In this document: in pieces, positions 46,568-56,507 of the stretch
How the letters are laid out: each line of letters starts with the position of its first letter
How positions within the stretch are numbered: the stretch's first letter is position 1
DNA from: a virus
Taxonomy: Duplodnaviria > Heunggongvirae > Uroviricota > Caudoviricetes
Virus record (IMG/VR): IMGVR_UViG_2529293216_000012
Length of the DNA stretch: 56,801 nucleotides
Reading direction: 5' to 3' (one strand)
Translations under genes and position numbers: made by a program
The notes under the pieces: model-generated
What the model was told of the DNA's origin: nothing
Database searches by the model: none
What the model saw: only the letters and a program-made list of their open reading frames with translations

Positions 46568-48063
46568 TATGCAGACTCCTCTGAATACTGAAGACGGAAC
46601 TGATTAACCACGGCAAAGACACGCAGCTGGTTAACATAGTCAGGCGGGAACAGCGTGTTCAGGCGGTTCGGATCGCTGGCATCACGCTCCACAACCAGGT
46701 ACTGCTTAAACAGTTCGTAGTTTTCCACGATCCCCGCACGCTCAAGCTGACGGTAGGTTGCCAGCAGTTCCCCTTTGATCACCGCCGGGGTGACAATCGC
46801 CTGACCGGGACCAAAGCGGGTACCGTCACTGGCAAGCTTGTGACGCCCGTACTTACTGGTAATGACGGATTTCAGTTTGCGCAGTACATACGCGCTGGTA
46901 TGCAGCGTCTCACTGTCGAGGTAACTGTTATCCGCAACCCCGTAAGCGTTTTTCCTGTACGTGGTGACATCACGCTGAATGCGTAGTACCCCGCTTTCGA
47001 CATACGCCGTTGCCACGCCATGAGACAGCAGGGTCTGTTGTTCGGTCATCGTGAACCGTTTCCCCTTCGGCGCAGGCAGCATACCCACCAGCTCACCGGT
47101 CTGCGTGGGACGTGCCGGATCGTTGCGGATAAACACCGCTGCGCGGGCGGTACGGCTTGCCGCCAGCTCGTCGGCAGGCGTCTGGGTCTCTTTTTCGTAC
47201 CCCGCCAGGGTAATGTGCTGCTGGTTAAACTGGTCACCTGCGGTCACCAGTTCTGACAGCGTGCCGATCTTTGCCGTATACACATGACCATACAGCTGAC
47301 GCGCATAGCTCCAGCGACCGCTGGTATCGTTCATCTCGGTCACCAGCGTGTTAACGGAGGCCGTGTCGTTGAACGGCAGGCCGATATAATCAAACGGCTC
47401 ATCCGCCATTGCAGCCACCGCGCCGGTGAGAACCGGAGCACCCGTTCCGGCGGTACCCGTCGCCACGGCAATCTGTACGCCCGCTGGCAGCACTTCGCCC
47501 CCACCAAAGCCGTAGTAATTGAGGCTGACAGGAATTTCATTCCCACAAAGCCCCTTATGACGCGCGGTCAGTGTGACCACGCCTGCCAAAGATGAAGCCG
47601 TAAACGGCAGGGTCGGAACGGCATTGATGGCATCCTGGATACTGCTGGCAATCATCGTGACGTTATCGCCGTTAGTCACCGGTGCCTGCACGCGGGTACG
47701 TCCTACATACACATTCACCGTGCCGGTTTCGGTTGCCGCCCCGGTCACCGTCAGCGTAACTGTTGCCGCCGCACCTGTGGATTCAGGAACGGCAATCACA
47801 TACAGCTCGCCAAACGGGTCAGTCTGGCGATAAGCCTCGACCATACGCGCCAGCTGACTTCCCGCACCACAAATCTGGCGTGCATAGTCTGCCGACGACA
47901 TCAGTACCAGACTGTTGGCAACAATCTCTGCACCGTTATTGGCATGACCAATCAGCAGCGATGCTCCGCTGTCCTGTGCAGTATTCGCCGCCTGGTTATC
48001 CATTTCCGCATAAAACAACGGAACCAGCGTATTCGACGGAATGGTGTTAAAGCTTATCGTCAT
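46567..48063 (-). CDS. contractile tail sheath protein (second tail module)
   Basis: 498 aa; C-terminal block ERDASDPNRLNTLFPPDYVNQLRVF homologous to plus-strand sheath. Confidence 0.9.
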   Translation of the reverse strand: MTISFNTIPSNTLVPLFYAEMDNQAANTAQDSGASLLIGHANNGAEIVANSLVLMSSADYARQICGAGSQLARMVEAYRQTDPFGELYVIAVPESTGAAATVTLTVTGAATETGTVNVYVGRTRVQAPVTNGDNVTMIASSIQDAINAVPTLPFTASSLAGVVTLTARHKGLCGNEIPVSLNYYGFGGGEVLPAGVQIAVATGTAGTGAPVLTGAVAAMADEPFDYIGLPFNDTASVNTLVTEMNDTSGRWSYARQLYGHVYTAKIGTLSELVTAGDQFNQQHITLAGYEKETQTPADELAASRTARAAVFIRNDPARPTQTGELVGMLPAPKGKRFTMTEQQTLLSHGVATAYVESGVLRIQRDVTTYRKNAYGVADNSYLDSETLHTSAYVLRKLKSVITSKYGRHKLASDGTRFGPGQAIVTPAVIKGELLATYRQLERAGIVENYELFKQYLVVERDASDPNRLNTLFPPDYVNQLRVFAVVNQFRLQYSEESA

Positions 48064-48217
48064 CGGTGTTCACCTTTTTATTCACGCGCCGGATATCACC
48101 CGCTGCTTCACGGCGCAGCCAGTAGTTGTTCTCGTCAACATTTCGCCCTTCGGCGGGCAAAAGGTCGCCGCGGGCAGGGTCAGGCACTGACCGCCCTTTA
48201 ACAGGTTTGACAAACAT
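48047..48217 (-). CDS. small gp38-like protein (56 aa), absent from the ORF track
   Basis: Hand-translated: MFVKPVKGRSVPDPARGDLLPAEGRNVDENNYWLRREAAGDIRRVNKKVNTDDDKL; GAGGA RBS; resembles plus-strand gp38. Confidence 0.45.
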   Translation of the reverse strand: MFVKPVKGRSVPDPARGDLLPAEGRNVDENNYWLRREAAGDIRRVNKKVNTDDDKL

Positions 48218-48225
48218 GAGGATCC

Positions 48226-48786
48226 TCAGGAAGGAAGGGTTATTTCGGTGTGATGTTCGATATCGCCGTCAGGCCCGTTACCGGGCTCGAGATAATCAAC
48301 ATCAATCGCCAGCGTTTGCAGTTCATCCAGACTGTTCAGATCATCCTGCTGGCGGGTATCGTCTTCAGTCAGCTCGCTGATGACCGAAAAATCGAACTGA
48401 TAAATCAGCTCATGACGATTCAGATCCAGCAGCGTGCCGCCGTCATAGGTAATCGGGTTACCGCACGCTTCCGGGTTCCAGCCCAGCAAGGCCTTAAAGA
48501 GCATCTGCCGGACATCGTCCACCACATCATACGAAGCAAACTGACCGAGCTCATCACGCCCGTTACTCAGTATGACAACCACGGAGAAGCCCTCTTTCAG
48601 CTCCTGCCAGTAGTCGGTCTGGCTTTTGTTTTCTCCCGGAGAGTCATCACCCGGTACCACATACGCCGCCGGGAGTCTCAGCTTTCCGACCTCCGGCAGA
48701 TTTTTGAACTGTGCCGCGCCTGCCACCCGGTTTTCAAAATACGGGCAGCGGGCACGCAGCGCAGCAATAACAGGCGTCAGTTTCAT
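48226..48786 (-). CDS. tail completion / head-tail joining protein (gp37-like position)
   Basis: 186 aa; upstream of the sheath. Confidence 0.55.
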   Translation of the reverse strand: MKLTPVIAALRARCPYFENRVAGAAQFKNLPEVGKLRLPAAYVVPGDDSPGENKSQTDYWQELKEGFSVVVILSNGRDELGQFASYDVVDDVRQMLFKALLGWNPEACGNPITYDGGTLLDLNRHELIYQFDFSVISELTEDDTRQQDDLNSLDELQTLAIDVDYLEPGNGPDGDIEHHTEITLPS

Positions 48787-49289
48787 CTGCGTCGTCGCTC
48801 AGGCTTCAGTGATTTACGTAATTCTCGCGCCAGAAAATAGCGTGTCCAGCTGCGGTTCTTTTCAAGCGTTTCCACCATAAAGTTATTACGTGGAGCCAGC
48901 CGCCAGCCGCTGCCACCGGATGCACCACGATGATGACTACGACGACGTTTTGCTCCTCCCCGGACACCAAAAAACAGAAACGCCGGATAGAAGTCACCAG
49001 AGATCATCCGGTTCCCCTTCCCGTTGCGCTGGTTAGGGGCAATGCGTGTCATAAAACCGGCTCGCTTTTTACTGGCTCTCGGCACCATGTAACCAATCGA
49101 ACGAGCCAGGCGTCCGGTCTGATAACCGGGGTTTTCACCCGGTGCCGACCGCGCACGGCGCATCACCAGCCGACGGGCATCACGCATATGACGCTGCCCA
49201 ATCGTGACAAACGCCCGCCGGACACGGGCGCGGTTAAAGCGCATCTCGGCGGGCTGCTGAACATCAACGTGAAAAAAGGGAGTCGCCAT
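48783..49289 (-). CDS. hypothetical basic virion protein (head-tail joining region)
   Basis: 168 aa, Arg-rich, translationally coupled. Confidence 0.5.
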   Translation of the reverse strand: MATPFFHVDVQQPAEMRFNRARVRRAFVTIGQRHMRDARRLVMRRARSAPGENPGYQTGRLARSIGYMVPRASKKRAGFMTRIAPNQRNGKGNRMISGDFYPAFLFFGVRGGAKRRRSHHRGASGGSGWRLAPRNNFMVETLEKNRSWTRYFLARELRKSLKPERRRR

Positions 49290-49674
49290 TGCTGCCTCCG
49301 TGACTCTGCGTAAATTCGCCCAGTTCCGTACACTCCAGCAGCAGAAAGCGCCGCGCCCCGTTCAGATCGCGCTGACGTTTCACCCGGTACACACTGTCAT
49401 CACAGACCACCTCATAATCAGCAGTGATCCCGCGGCGGTAGCGAATGGTGATGTAATGGGTGATGGCGTCCCCGGTCTGCGCGGTTTCCTGCCAGGTGGT
49501 GGCACTGGTCTGGATAACCTTCGCCCATGCCCGGAACGCAACCGGGTATTGAGGCTCCACGCCAAAGTTATCCGCGGGCATATCCACCCGCTGGCGGATC
49601 AGGACGCGTTTATTCAGTTCGCCGGGGTCCGGCAGTATGTAGGTTGCGCTGGTCTGCGCCTGACGAATTTTCAT
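49264..49674 (-). CDS. head-tail adaptor / head closure protein
   Basis: 136 aa; position after the connector in an HK97-type head module. Confidence 0.55.
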   Translation of the reverse strand: MKIRQAQTSATYILPDPGELNKRVLIRQRVDMPADNFGVEPQYPVAFRAWAKVIQTSATTWQETAQTGDAITHYITIRYRRGITADYEVVCDDSVYRVKRQRDLNGARRFLLLECTELGEFTQSHGGSNGDSLFSR

Positions 49675-49994
49675 AGTGGTATAAGGCGATAAGGAGCAAC
49701 CAACCAGTTAAAACTCATTGGCAACTCCATTTTCTCAACGTCTGTAACCGTTGAGCGGTTTTCGTAGAAATGGCTGACAAGTAGCAGAAGTGCCAGCTTC
49801 ACATCATCAGATATCACAAGCCCATCAGGATCATCCGCAGGCCTGTCATCTGCGGTTGCATACAACTTACGGTTAAGGAAGTTTTCCGTACGACTCTGAG
49901 CGGCCTTACCAAGCAGTTCAAGCAACTCATCTTCATCAGAGAAATCATCATCCAGACGGAGCTGAAGCTTAATCTCTTCCATTTTTAACAGCAT
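49671..49994 (-). CDS. head-tail connector protein (gp6-like)
   Basis: Internal ATG at 49994 (MLLKMEEIKLQLRLDDDFSDEDELLELL) with AGGAGG RBS, downstream of the post-capsid hairpin; track ORF extends to 50039. Confidence 0.55.
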   Translation of the reverse strand: MLLKMEEIKLQLRLDDDFSDEDELLELLGKAAQSRTENFLNRKLYATADDRPADDPDGLVISDDVKLALLLLVSHFYENRSTVTDVEKMELPMSFNWLVAPYRLIPL

Positions 49995-50072
49995 AAAACC
50001 TCCTGTGCCCGCCAGAACGCGGGCACAAAAAAACCGCATTACGCGGCGTGCTGTATTACGTAAAAAGACTAA

Positions 50073-51302
50073 TCAACCACCAACGCTACCTTTCCCCACC
50101 AGCGCTTTAATGGCAGAGGTGTCTTCCAGGATACAGTCAAAACGATGGAAGGCCAGAAAACCGGTCTGATCATATTCCGCGTAACGCTCAACCAGACGTT
50201 TAAGAATCATGTATCGCACACGACGGATAATGAAGCGATCAAAGTCACCACAGAACATGAATTTTTTACCCGCCCCGATATCATCAATTTCCTGATCAAT
50301 GACATACGGTACATTCAACACTGAAGCAGGTGCCACACCAACAATATCCGGCAACCATAAAGGGCGTCCCTGACCGTCTTCCATCTCACTGATCAGTTTC
50401 AGCGTATTATCGTTAAACGCCAGGCGGAATTTCGGTCCGCGACGATATGCAGGATCAATGCTGTGTTTCAGAGCCAGAATTTCCTGCCACTTCACCGTAT
50501 TTGCCGCGGCAGTCTGTGTTGTGCCGGTCACAGATGCGACCAGCCCTTTGGGTTGTTTAGGCGTACCAGCACCAGTTCCCTGAATCAGATAACGGGCTTC
50601 ACCACGACCAATACGTTCAGCAATGCGACGGGCAAGATAAGCTTCCATATCGATCGCACTGTCCTGCAGCAACTCATTAGACACACGAATTATTTTCGAT
50701 GTCATTTTGAGCGCCCCAAGGCTTCCCATACCGAAATCGGTGTCTTCTTCACCGGCTTCTTCATTTTCGCCCAGCAGAACACCAACTTCGGAAGTACCAT
50801 CAGCTGTTGCCCACTCCATAGTGCGACCGTCAGAAGTGGTAAGAATCTGCGCCACACTGGCGATGCCACCGTAGGATTTCATCTTCTCAACAACTTTCGC
50901 CAGGAATGTTTCTGGTACGGTATATCCGCCCTTTTCATCCTGAGCTACGCCCTGGGCACGAAGTTCACGCAACGCCTTTCGTTCTTCTGATGTCAGCTCA
51001 CTGGCACCGTGACGCATCCACTTATCAAAAACCTGAGCTCGTTTCTCATCCTGTTGTGGATTGTTTTCCGGATCAAGATTCTGACGCTGCTCTTCCTCAT
51101 TGCTTTCAATGTACGCCTGATCCTGACGACGCAGTTCTTCTTCGCGTGCAATTCGTTCATCAAGCGCTTCCAGTTCGGATTTTGCTTTGTTCCACTCAGT
51201 GCGCTGCTCTTCCGTCCATGCGTTATCACCAATTTTTTCATTCAGGGCGCGCATGTCAGTTGCGATAGTATTACGTTTCTGTTTCAGTTCATGCAGTTTC
51301 AT
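50073..51302 (-). CDS. major capsid protein, HK97 family
   Basis: 409 aa; long coiled-coil N-terminal delta-like region then capsid fold; follows the prohead protease. Confidence 0.88.
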   Translation of the reverse strand: MKLHELKQKRNTIATDMRALNEKIGDNAWTEEQRTEWNKAKSELEALDERIAREEELRRQDQAYIESNEEEQRQNLDPENNPQQDEKRAQVFDKWMRHGASELTSEERKALRELRAQGVAQDEKGGYTVPETFLAKVVEKMKSYGGIASVAQILTTSDGRTMEWATADGTSEVGVLLGENEEAGEEDTDFGMGSLGALKMTSKIIRVSNELLQDSAIDMEAYLARRIAERIGRGEARYLIQGTGAGTPKQPKGLVASVTGTTQTAAANTVKWQEILALKHSIDPAYRRGPKFRLAFNDNTLKLISEMEDGQGRPLWLPDIVGVAPASVLNVPYVIDQEIDDIGAGKKFMFCGDFDRFIIRRVRYMILKRLVERYAEYDQTGFLAFHRFDCILEDTSAIKALVGKGSVGG

Positions 51303-51312
51303 GATGTTTCCT

Positions 51313-51915
51313 TTACGCGTTAAGAAGGGTCAGGACGCGTTCACGCGCCATACGTTGATTAATGGCTTTCTGTAGCGCGCCGCTGTTGCGCGCCTCCTGC
51401 CATGCTTTCATGGAGCGAACAGCCGAGTCAGCCTCCTGATAGGCAGGATATGTCACAGGACTGACATCCAGCAGACGGGAAAAGCGGGTTATCTCGCGAA
51501 TAACAACCCCGTCCTCATCCTGATACCACTCCTCGCCGTCACGGGCGACACGGAAAGCAAAAGATGACTGGTTAATATCTCCACGTTGCATCGGGGCCAG
51601 CACCAGATCACGAATGGTCTGTGTCTCCGGAGCCTGGATGTCATAGCGCAATCCGCGCTCATCAACTGAAAGATTCAGCGTGCCTGCTGCACTACGCCCA
51701 AGAATAAAATTAGGATCGTGGTTAAACAGTGCGCGTACATCATCACCAAGCACATCGTCAAAAGCGCCGGGCCGGATGATTTCGCGGAATGAACCAAATA
51801 TCAGCTCAGAACGACAGTCAAACACCGATCCATAACCGATAATGTGCGCAGGGTTATCGTCATGCCGCTCAGCACGCACCTCACCGCTGTAACAACGGAT
51901 TTCACGGTCATTCAT
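51313..51915 (-). CDS. prohead protease, HK97 family
   Basis: Track ORF 51313..51972; internal ATG at 51915 (MNDREIRCYSGEVRAE...) just after the portal stop with GAGGG RBS preferred. Confidence 0.8.
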   Translation of the reverse strand: MNDREIRCYSGEVRAERHDDNPAHIIGYGSVFDCRSELIFGSFREIIRPGAFDDVLGDDVRALFNHDPNFILGRSAAGTLNLSVDERGLRYDIQAPETQTIRDLVLAPMQRGDINQSSFAFRVARDGEEWYQDEDGVVIREITRFSRLLDVSPVTYPAYQEADSAVRSMKAWQEARNSGALQKAINQRMARERVLTLLNA

Positions 51916-53134
51916 TGGTTTTTCCCTCATCATTTTTTGGGGGCTTAAAATCTCCTGCCGGGTTAGCAGCATTCACGCTTACCAGCATCTCATCCAGCCC
52001 TTCAACCGGATTCATATCCTCGAATGCGCGGGCTTCATTACGGCTCATCCATCCATCGGTAATAGCGAAGTGATAGAATTGCGCGCGCTCCTGCGGAGTT
52101 CCGCGTAAAAGCCCCGTCAGATTGAACCTAACGTAATACCCGGCGGCTAACTCAGCGCGGGTAAACAAGCGACGGTTAAGCTCCTGCTCCCAGTTCGTTA
52201 CCCACGGCATCATCGTGTAGCGGACAAACTGAATCGCCTGCGCAGAAATATTGGAGAAGGTGGCTTTTTCGAGGTCATTAATCATGTGCGCAGGAATATT
52301 GAAAATACCGGCAATCATTGAACGGTTCAGTTTCATCATGTCAATGATCTGAGCGTCAACTGGCGACACAGTCAGTGCCTTGTAATCCAGATCGGCTGGC
52401 AGCAGCATGGTTTTGTTTTCCTGGCTGCGTAACGCCTGCGATGCCTTCTGCCACTGATCTTTAAGCCAGCCCCAGCTGTCCTTATTGAGTCCGCTTTTAA
52501 CGGATACTATCCCCGCCGGACGGGCATTACCGCTGAAGAAGCTTTCTGTGTATTTCTGACCGCTCATCCCCATGCCTATTGTTTCGGCATGTTGCATAAT
52601 CGGACTCAGCCCCATCTTCTGATTATTACCCAGCGCACGGATGTGGATCATATCGTCGGGGCTGATCGCAAACGCCCCATATTCGTTGTACAAACCGTAG
52701 GTATATCGGCCACCAGTATTCATCAGCGTCGTTTCCCACGGCATACAGCAATCCAGGGATATGACTTCACCGCGACGATTACGTTTCACCCAGGTATACC
52801 CATTCCCCCAGCCAAGGATGTGACGTTGCTTCAGTTCGCGCCATTTGTAACTGGTTTGCCAGGTATTGGGCTCATCATGAACCAGATAAAACGCCGGATG
52901 ATCGCGTGCGGGCTCAACCTTCCCATTGTGCCTGCGCATAACATGCAACGGCATCTGGGCAAGGCTGGAAGACAGGACATAGATACAGGAATACACCGCA
53001 GCCAGTTTCATCGCAGTTTCAGGACTGACATAAACGTCTGTCCGGAACAGCCCATCAGTATCAACGGCATCCCCGGTTATCGGGGTGGAAGGATTCTCCA
53101 GTGATTTACTTCTGAACAGAGCATCAAGCAGCAC
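51908..53134 (-). CDS. portal protein, HK97 family
   Basis: 408 aa; between TerL and protease. Confidence 0.88.
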   Translation of the reverse strand: MLLDALFRSKSLENPSTPITGDAVDTDGLFRTDVYVSPETAMKLAAVYSCIYVLSSSLAQMPLHVMRRHNGKVEPARDHPAFYLVHDEPNTWQTSYKWRELKQRHILGWGNGYTWVKRNRRGEVISLDCCMPWETTLMNTGGRYTYGLYNEYGAFAISPDDMIHIRALGNNQKMGLSPIMQHAETIGMGMSGQKYTESFFSGNARPAGIVSVKSGLNKDSWGWLKDQWQKASQALRSQENKTMLLPADLDYKALTVSPVDAQIIDMMKLNRSMIAGIFNIPAHMINDLEKATFSNISAQAIQFVRYTMMPWVTNWEQELNRRLFTRAELAAGYYVRFNLTGLLRGTPQERAQFYHFAITDGWMSRNEARAFEDMNPVEGLDEMLVSVNAANPAGDFKPPKNDEGKTNE

Positions 53135-53285
53135 GCGTCCCCCTTCTGGTCATAGCCAGTGCGCCCACCAGCAGTAAACCGCCGGACAGCATCAGAGCCG
53201 GAGCCATACCAAACTGCAGGTAAAACCCGCACGTAAGCAGGCCAAAACCAGCCAGCCCGATAACATCAGCAATTAGTGATTTCAT
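53124..53285 (-). CDS. small hydrophobic protein (53 aa) between TerL and portal, absent from the ORF track
   Basis: Hand-translated: [53 protein letters not shown]; start overlaps the TerL stop (ATGA). Confidence 0.35.
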   Translation of the reverse strand: MKSLIADVIGLAGFGLLTCGFYLQFGMAPALMLSGGLLLVGALAMTRRGTRAA

Positions 53286-55015
53286 AGAATTAAGAGAGCA
53301 TCGTCCGGATCAAGAGATGAGAGGAAATCGTCGGGTTCTTTGAGCATTGCCCGACCGATCGCCATAATCAGCGCAACCGCACCATCGATTTTGTTTTCCG
53401 CCTGCTCCTTGACAGGCTTCACCACATCATCGTTACCCGGAATGGTTTTGCCGACCACGTTGCCGATACACCAGGTCATGATGGGATTGCCGTCATGATG
53501 AAAGCGCCCCGATTCAATCGCCGCTTCCAGCTCTTTCATCGGATCGGACATGTTGGTGTAGTTCTGAATGATGGTGATGGGGTTCAGGTCTTCATCAGCA
53601 AGGTCATGCGACAGCCCGGTCGCCCCGAAGGGGTCGATGGGTGACTCACTGACCGGGCTGATTTTGTTCGCCGCTTTGGCCTCCTCGAGGATGTACCGAT
53701 AATCCACCTCCGCACCAGCGGTAACAGTCAGAACGCCCATTTCCACCCATTTCTGAAAGCGTTCGGCTGTCCGGCGATCTTCATTTTTCTCGACGCTGTA
53801 CACCGTGTCATACGGTACCCAGAAACGCGGGGCCACACTGTAGTAATGCGTTTTACCGTCAATCTCGCGGGTATAAAGTCGCGCCATGCTGTTCATATCC
53901 AGCTTACGCGCCAGGTCAAAGGCCAGAATGCACGGCTGCCCCTCGAACTGCTCAAGGGTCAGTGATTTATCCTCGCAGCTCTGCCAGCTCACCAGGTTGA
54001 AATACGCCGAACGCGCCGACACCCAGATATTGAGGTGTTTTGTTTTAAAGACGTTTGCCAGACGGGCGTTATTTTTCGCACGCTGCTGCTGACTTAACAA
54101 AAATTCGCGATAAACCGACACGCCAATATTTGGATTGGCTTTTTCCAGCACCTGCGGGTCGATCCAGTCGTCACCTTCATCAACGGTATAGATGATCCCG
54201 AACAGTTCATCGTTGGGTACCGAACCGTTGAGCATCTCGATAACTTCCCGCCGCTTGTCGTAGCACGGCCCCTCAATGTTGTACCCGGCGGTGGTGATGG
54301 CCCACATCAGTGGCTGACGTCGCGCCCCCATCCCGGTAAGCATCGTGGTATAAAGCGCATCGGTGGCGTGCTCGTGATATTCATCCACCACCGCACAGTG
54401 GGGTGATGAACCATCACCAGGGTTACCGATCAGCGGTTCAAACCGCGCACCATCCTCCGGACGGTTCATGTTTGAGGCGTTAACCTCAATCCCGAACGCT
54501 TCCGTCAGCATGGGTGTGCGTTTACACATCAGTCGTGCCGGACGAAAGACTTCCCATGCCTGTTTCTCCGTCGTGGCACCGGAATACACTTCCGCGCCGA
54601 ACTCGTTATCACAGGCAAAACAATACAGGGCGACACCGGCAGAGATTGCCGATTTGCCGTTCTTACGGGGGATTTCGGTATACACCTCCCGGAAGCGGCG
54701 CAGCCGGGAGCCTTTATTGACCCAGCCAAACGCGCAGCAGATCACAAAGAGCTGCCACGGCTCCAGCGTGATGGGCATCCGTTTGAATGCCCACTCACCC
54801 TTGGTGTGCGGCAACAGCTGAATAAATTTCGCGGCCCGTTCAGCCAGGTCCTTGTCGAAGCGGTAACGAAACGACTTACTTTTTTCCGCCATCAGGTCAT
54901 CAAGATGGCGCTGGCAGGCCTGAATCACAAACTGGCAGGCCACAATCTTTCCGCGCACGACATCACGGGCATACTGATTTGCAGCATTTACGTTGGGGTA
55001 AGATTTCCGGCTCAT
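53282..55015 (-). CDS. terminase large subunit (HK97-like)
   Basis: 577 aa; N-terminal ATPase, C-terminal nuclease; preceded by small terminase and HNH genes. Confidence 0.92.
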   Translation of the reverse strand: MSRKSYPNVNAANQYARDVVRGKIVACQFVIQACQRHLDDLMAEKSKSFRYRFDKDLAERAAKFIQLLPHTKGEWAFKRMPITLEPWQLFVICCAFGWVNKGSRLRRFREVYTEIPRKNGKSAISAGVALYCFACDNEFGAEVYSGATTEKQAWEVFRPARLMCKRTPMLTEAFGIEVNASNMNRPEDGARFEPLIGNPGDGSSPHCAVVDEYHEHATDALYTTMLTGMGARRQPLMWAITTAGYNIEGPCYDKRREVIEMLNGSVPNDELFGIIYTVDEGDDWIDPQVLEKANPNIGVSVYREFLLSQQQRAKNNARLANVFKTKHLNIWVSARSAYFNLVSWQSCEDKSLTLEQFEGQPCILAFDLARKLDMNSMARLYTREIDGKTHYYSVAPRFWVPYDTVYSVEKNEDRRTAERFQKWVEMGVLTVTAGAEVDYRYILEEAKAANKISPVSESPIDPFGATGLSHDLADEDLNPITIIQNYTNMSDPMKELEAAIESGRFHHDGNPIMTWCIGNVVGKTIPGNDDVVKPVKEQAENKIDGAVALIMAIGRAMLKEPDDFLSSLDPDDALLIL

Positions 55016-55515
55016 GATTCGATAATTTTCAGAAACGGGTTAGTGGCTTTCTTCTGCCCCGCCAGGCCAATCAGACGCTGGCGGCTGCTGGGGTCGAGTC
55101 CGAGCATTGCCCCCGTACTGCTCATCTCGGACTCCTGTTCTTTTTTGGCGGTCAGCTCCGGATTTTTGACCATGCCGCCCATTGCACCGGTGATGGTGTT
55201 GCCCTGTCTGGCAATATTTTTCACGGCACGTCGCCAGAACTCATAGGCCACGCACCACCGCTCAAGCACCGCGAGGTCAGTCACGCACAGCAGGCCCTGA
55301 CCGCAGAGTTCTTTGGTTGTCAGTTGCCACATGATCGTGGCGAGAGGGAGATCTTCTTCAGCGAACCACTCCGGTGGCTCAACACCTTTGATGGGCGTAA
55401 AAACAGGTTCATCTTTGTTCAGGGCTCGCTTGCCGGGGGTTCCGGCCAGCGCCTTGCGCGCCGTTGGCTTGGGGCGACGCCCGGAACGCCCCGCCGTTCC
55501 AGCCATATGCGGCAC
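55012..55515 (-). CDS. terminase small subunit (P27 family)
   Basis: 167 aa; [30 protein letters not shown] basic N-terminus typical of P27-type TerS. Confidence 0.85.
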   Translation of the reverse strand: MPHMAGTAGRSGRRPKPTARKALAGTPGKRALNKDEPVFTPIKGVEPPEWFAEEDLPLATIMWQLTTKELCGQGLLCVTDLAVLERWCVAYEFWRRAVKNIARQGNTITGAMGGMVKNPELTAKKEQESEMSSTGAMLGLDPSSRQRLIGLAGQKKATNPFLKIIES

Positions 55516-55631
55516 TCCTGGTTAAATTTCATTTTTCGCGGGTATAAAAAAACGATGGGGCGGGCAGTCCGGAAGACGTCAGGTCACAGGGATTTGACCC
55601 GCCCCTCCCCTCTGGCAGTGGGAACTGGTTC

Positions 55632-55982
55632 TTACTTCAGCCGTTCACGGGCCGTCTTCGCCTTATGACACGGCCAGCACAGGCTCTGCAGATTGCTGTC
55701 GGCATCAGTGCCGCCATGCGCTTTAGGGATGATGTGGTCAACGGTTTTCGCCTCGCGCACCACACCGGCACGCAAACACAACTGACACAGGCCTTTGTCA
55801 CGCTTTAGTACACGCCCCCGGATAACATCCCATTTCGAACCATAACCGCGCTGGTGTCGGGACTGGCCTGGCTTGTATTGCTTCCAGCCCTCGCTTTTGT
55901 GGCTTTCGCAATAACCTGACGGGTCAGTCGTGGTATGGCGGCAGCCGCGAACTCGGCAGGCTTTTGGGGTTCGTGGTGGCAT
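55632..55982 (-). CDS. HNH endonuclease (terminase-associated)
   Basis: Internal ATG at 55982 with GGAG RBS (MPPRTPKACRVRGCRHTT...); Cys/His HNH motif (CQLC...DHIIPKAHGG...CWPCH). Confidence 0.8.
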   Translation of the reverse strand: MPPRTPKACRVRGCRHTTTDPSGYCESHKSEGWKQYKPGQSRHQRGYGSKWDVIRGRVLKRDKGLCQLCLRAGVVREAKTVDHIIPKAHGGTDADSNLQSLCWPCHKAKTARERLK

Positions 55983-56102
55983 ATGTACTCCAATGAAGAA
56001 GCTACCGACATAGCCTCCTCCATTCGTCGTGAAACTATTTTCATCTACCCAGTAATGAATTCTTTGAAGAGTTGTAATCAATACAACTCGCTAATGGAGA
56101 GG

Positions 56103-56124
56103 CTTGTCTCACACGTGAGACAAG
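56103..56124. other. GC-rich hairpin in the HNH-bor intergenic region
   Basis: CTTGTCTCA-cacg-TGAGACAAG, 9-bp perfect stem, in the AT-rich region between HNH and bor. Confidence 0.3.
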
Positions 56125-56507
56125 CTTCCTGTTTGATTTACTGGACACTATAGAAGGACAGAATGCCTTCCTCACTCGAATCACATCAATTAAGGAGGTT
56201 CAACATGTTTCATTCCACAAGTCATCAGGCTGTAATTATGGCAGCATCAGTTTGTGCCACAGACCTTTTCCGCTTCACTTTGAGCCTGATTCATTTCTAC
56301 CTGACCGGCTCGCCTCTATCTTTTTAATCCCCGCTTTATCCAAATTGCATTGCCAGAATGCCGACAACAGACTGACATTCAAATCCTGACTACCTCCAAT
56401 AGTCTGACCGTACACCTATATAGTTTTAATTTTCATCAATCCATTTAACTATCGTTTAATTGTTGTCACATAGGATTCTGCCGTTTTTAACAATGCAGGA
56501 TAATAAG

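Noticed and set aside
48250-48840. 196-aa plus-strand ORF in the second phage module
   Set aside because: Antisense to the minus-strand gp37-like gene, which fits the conserved operon.
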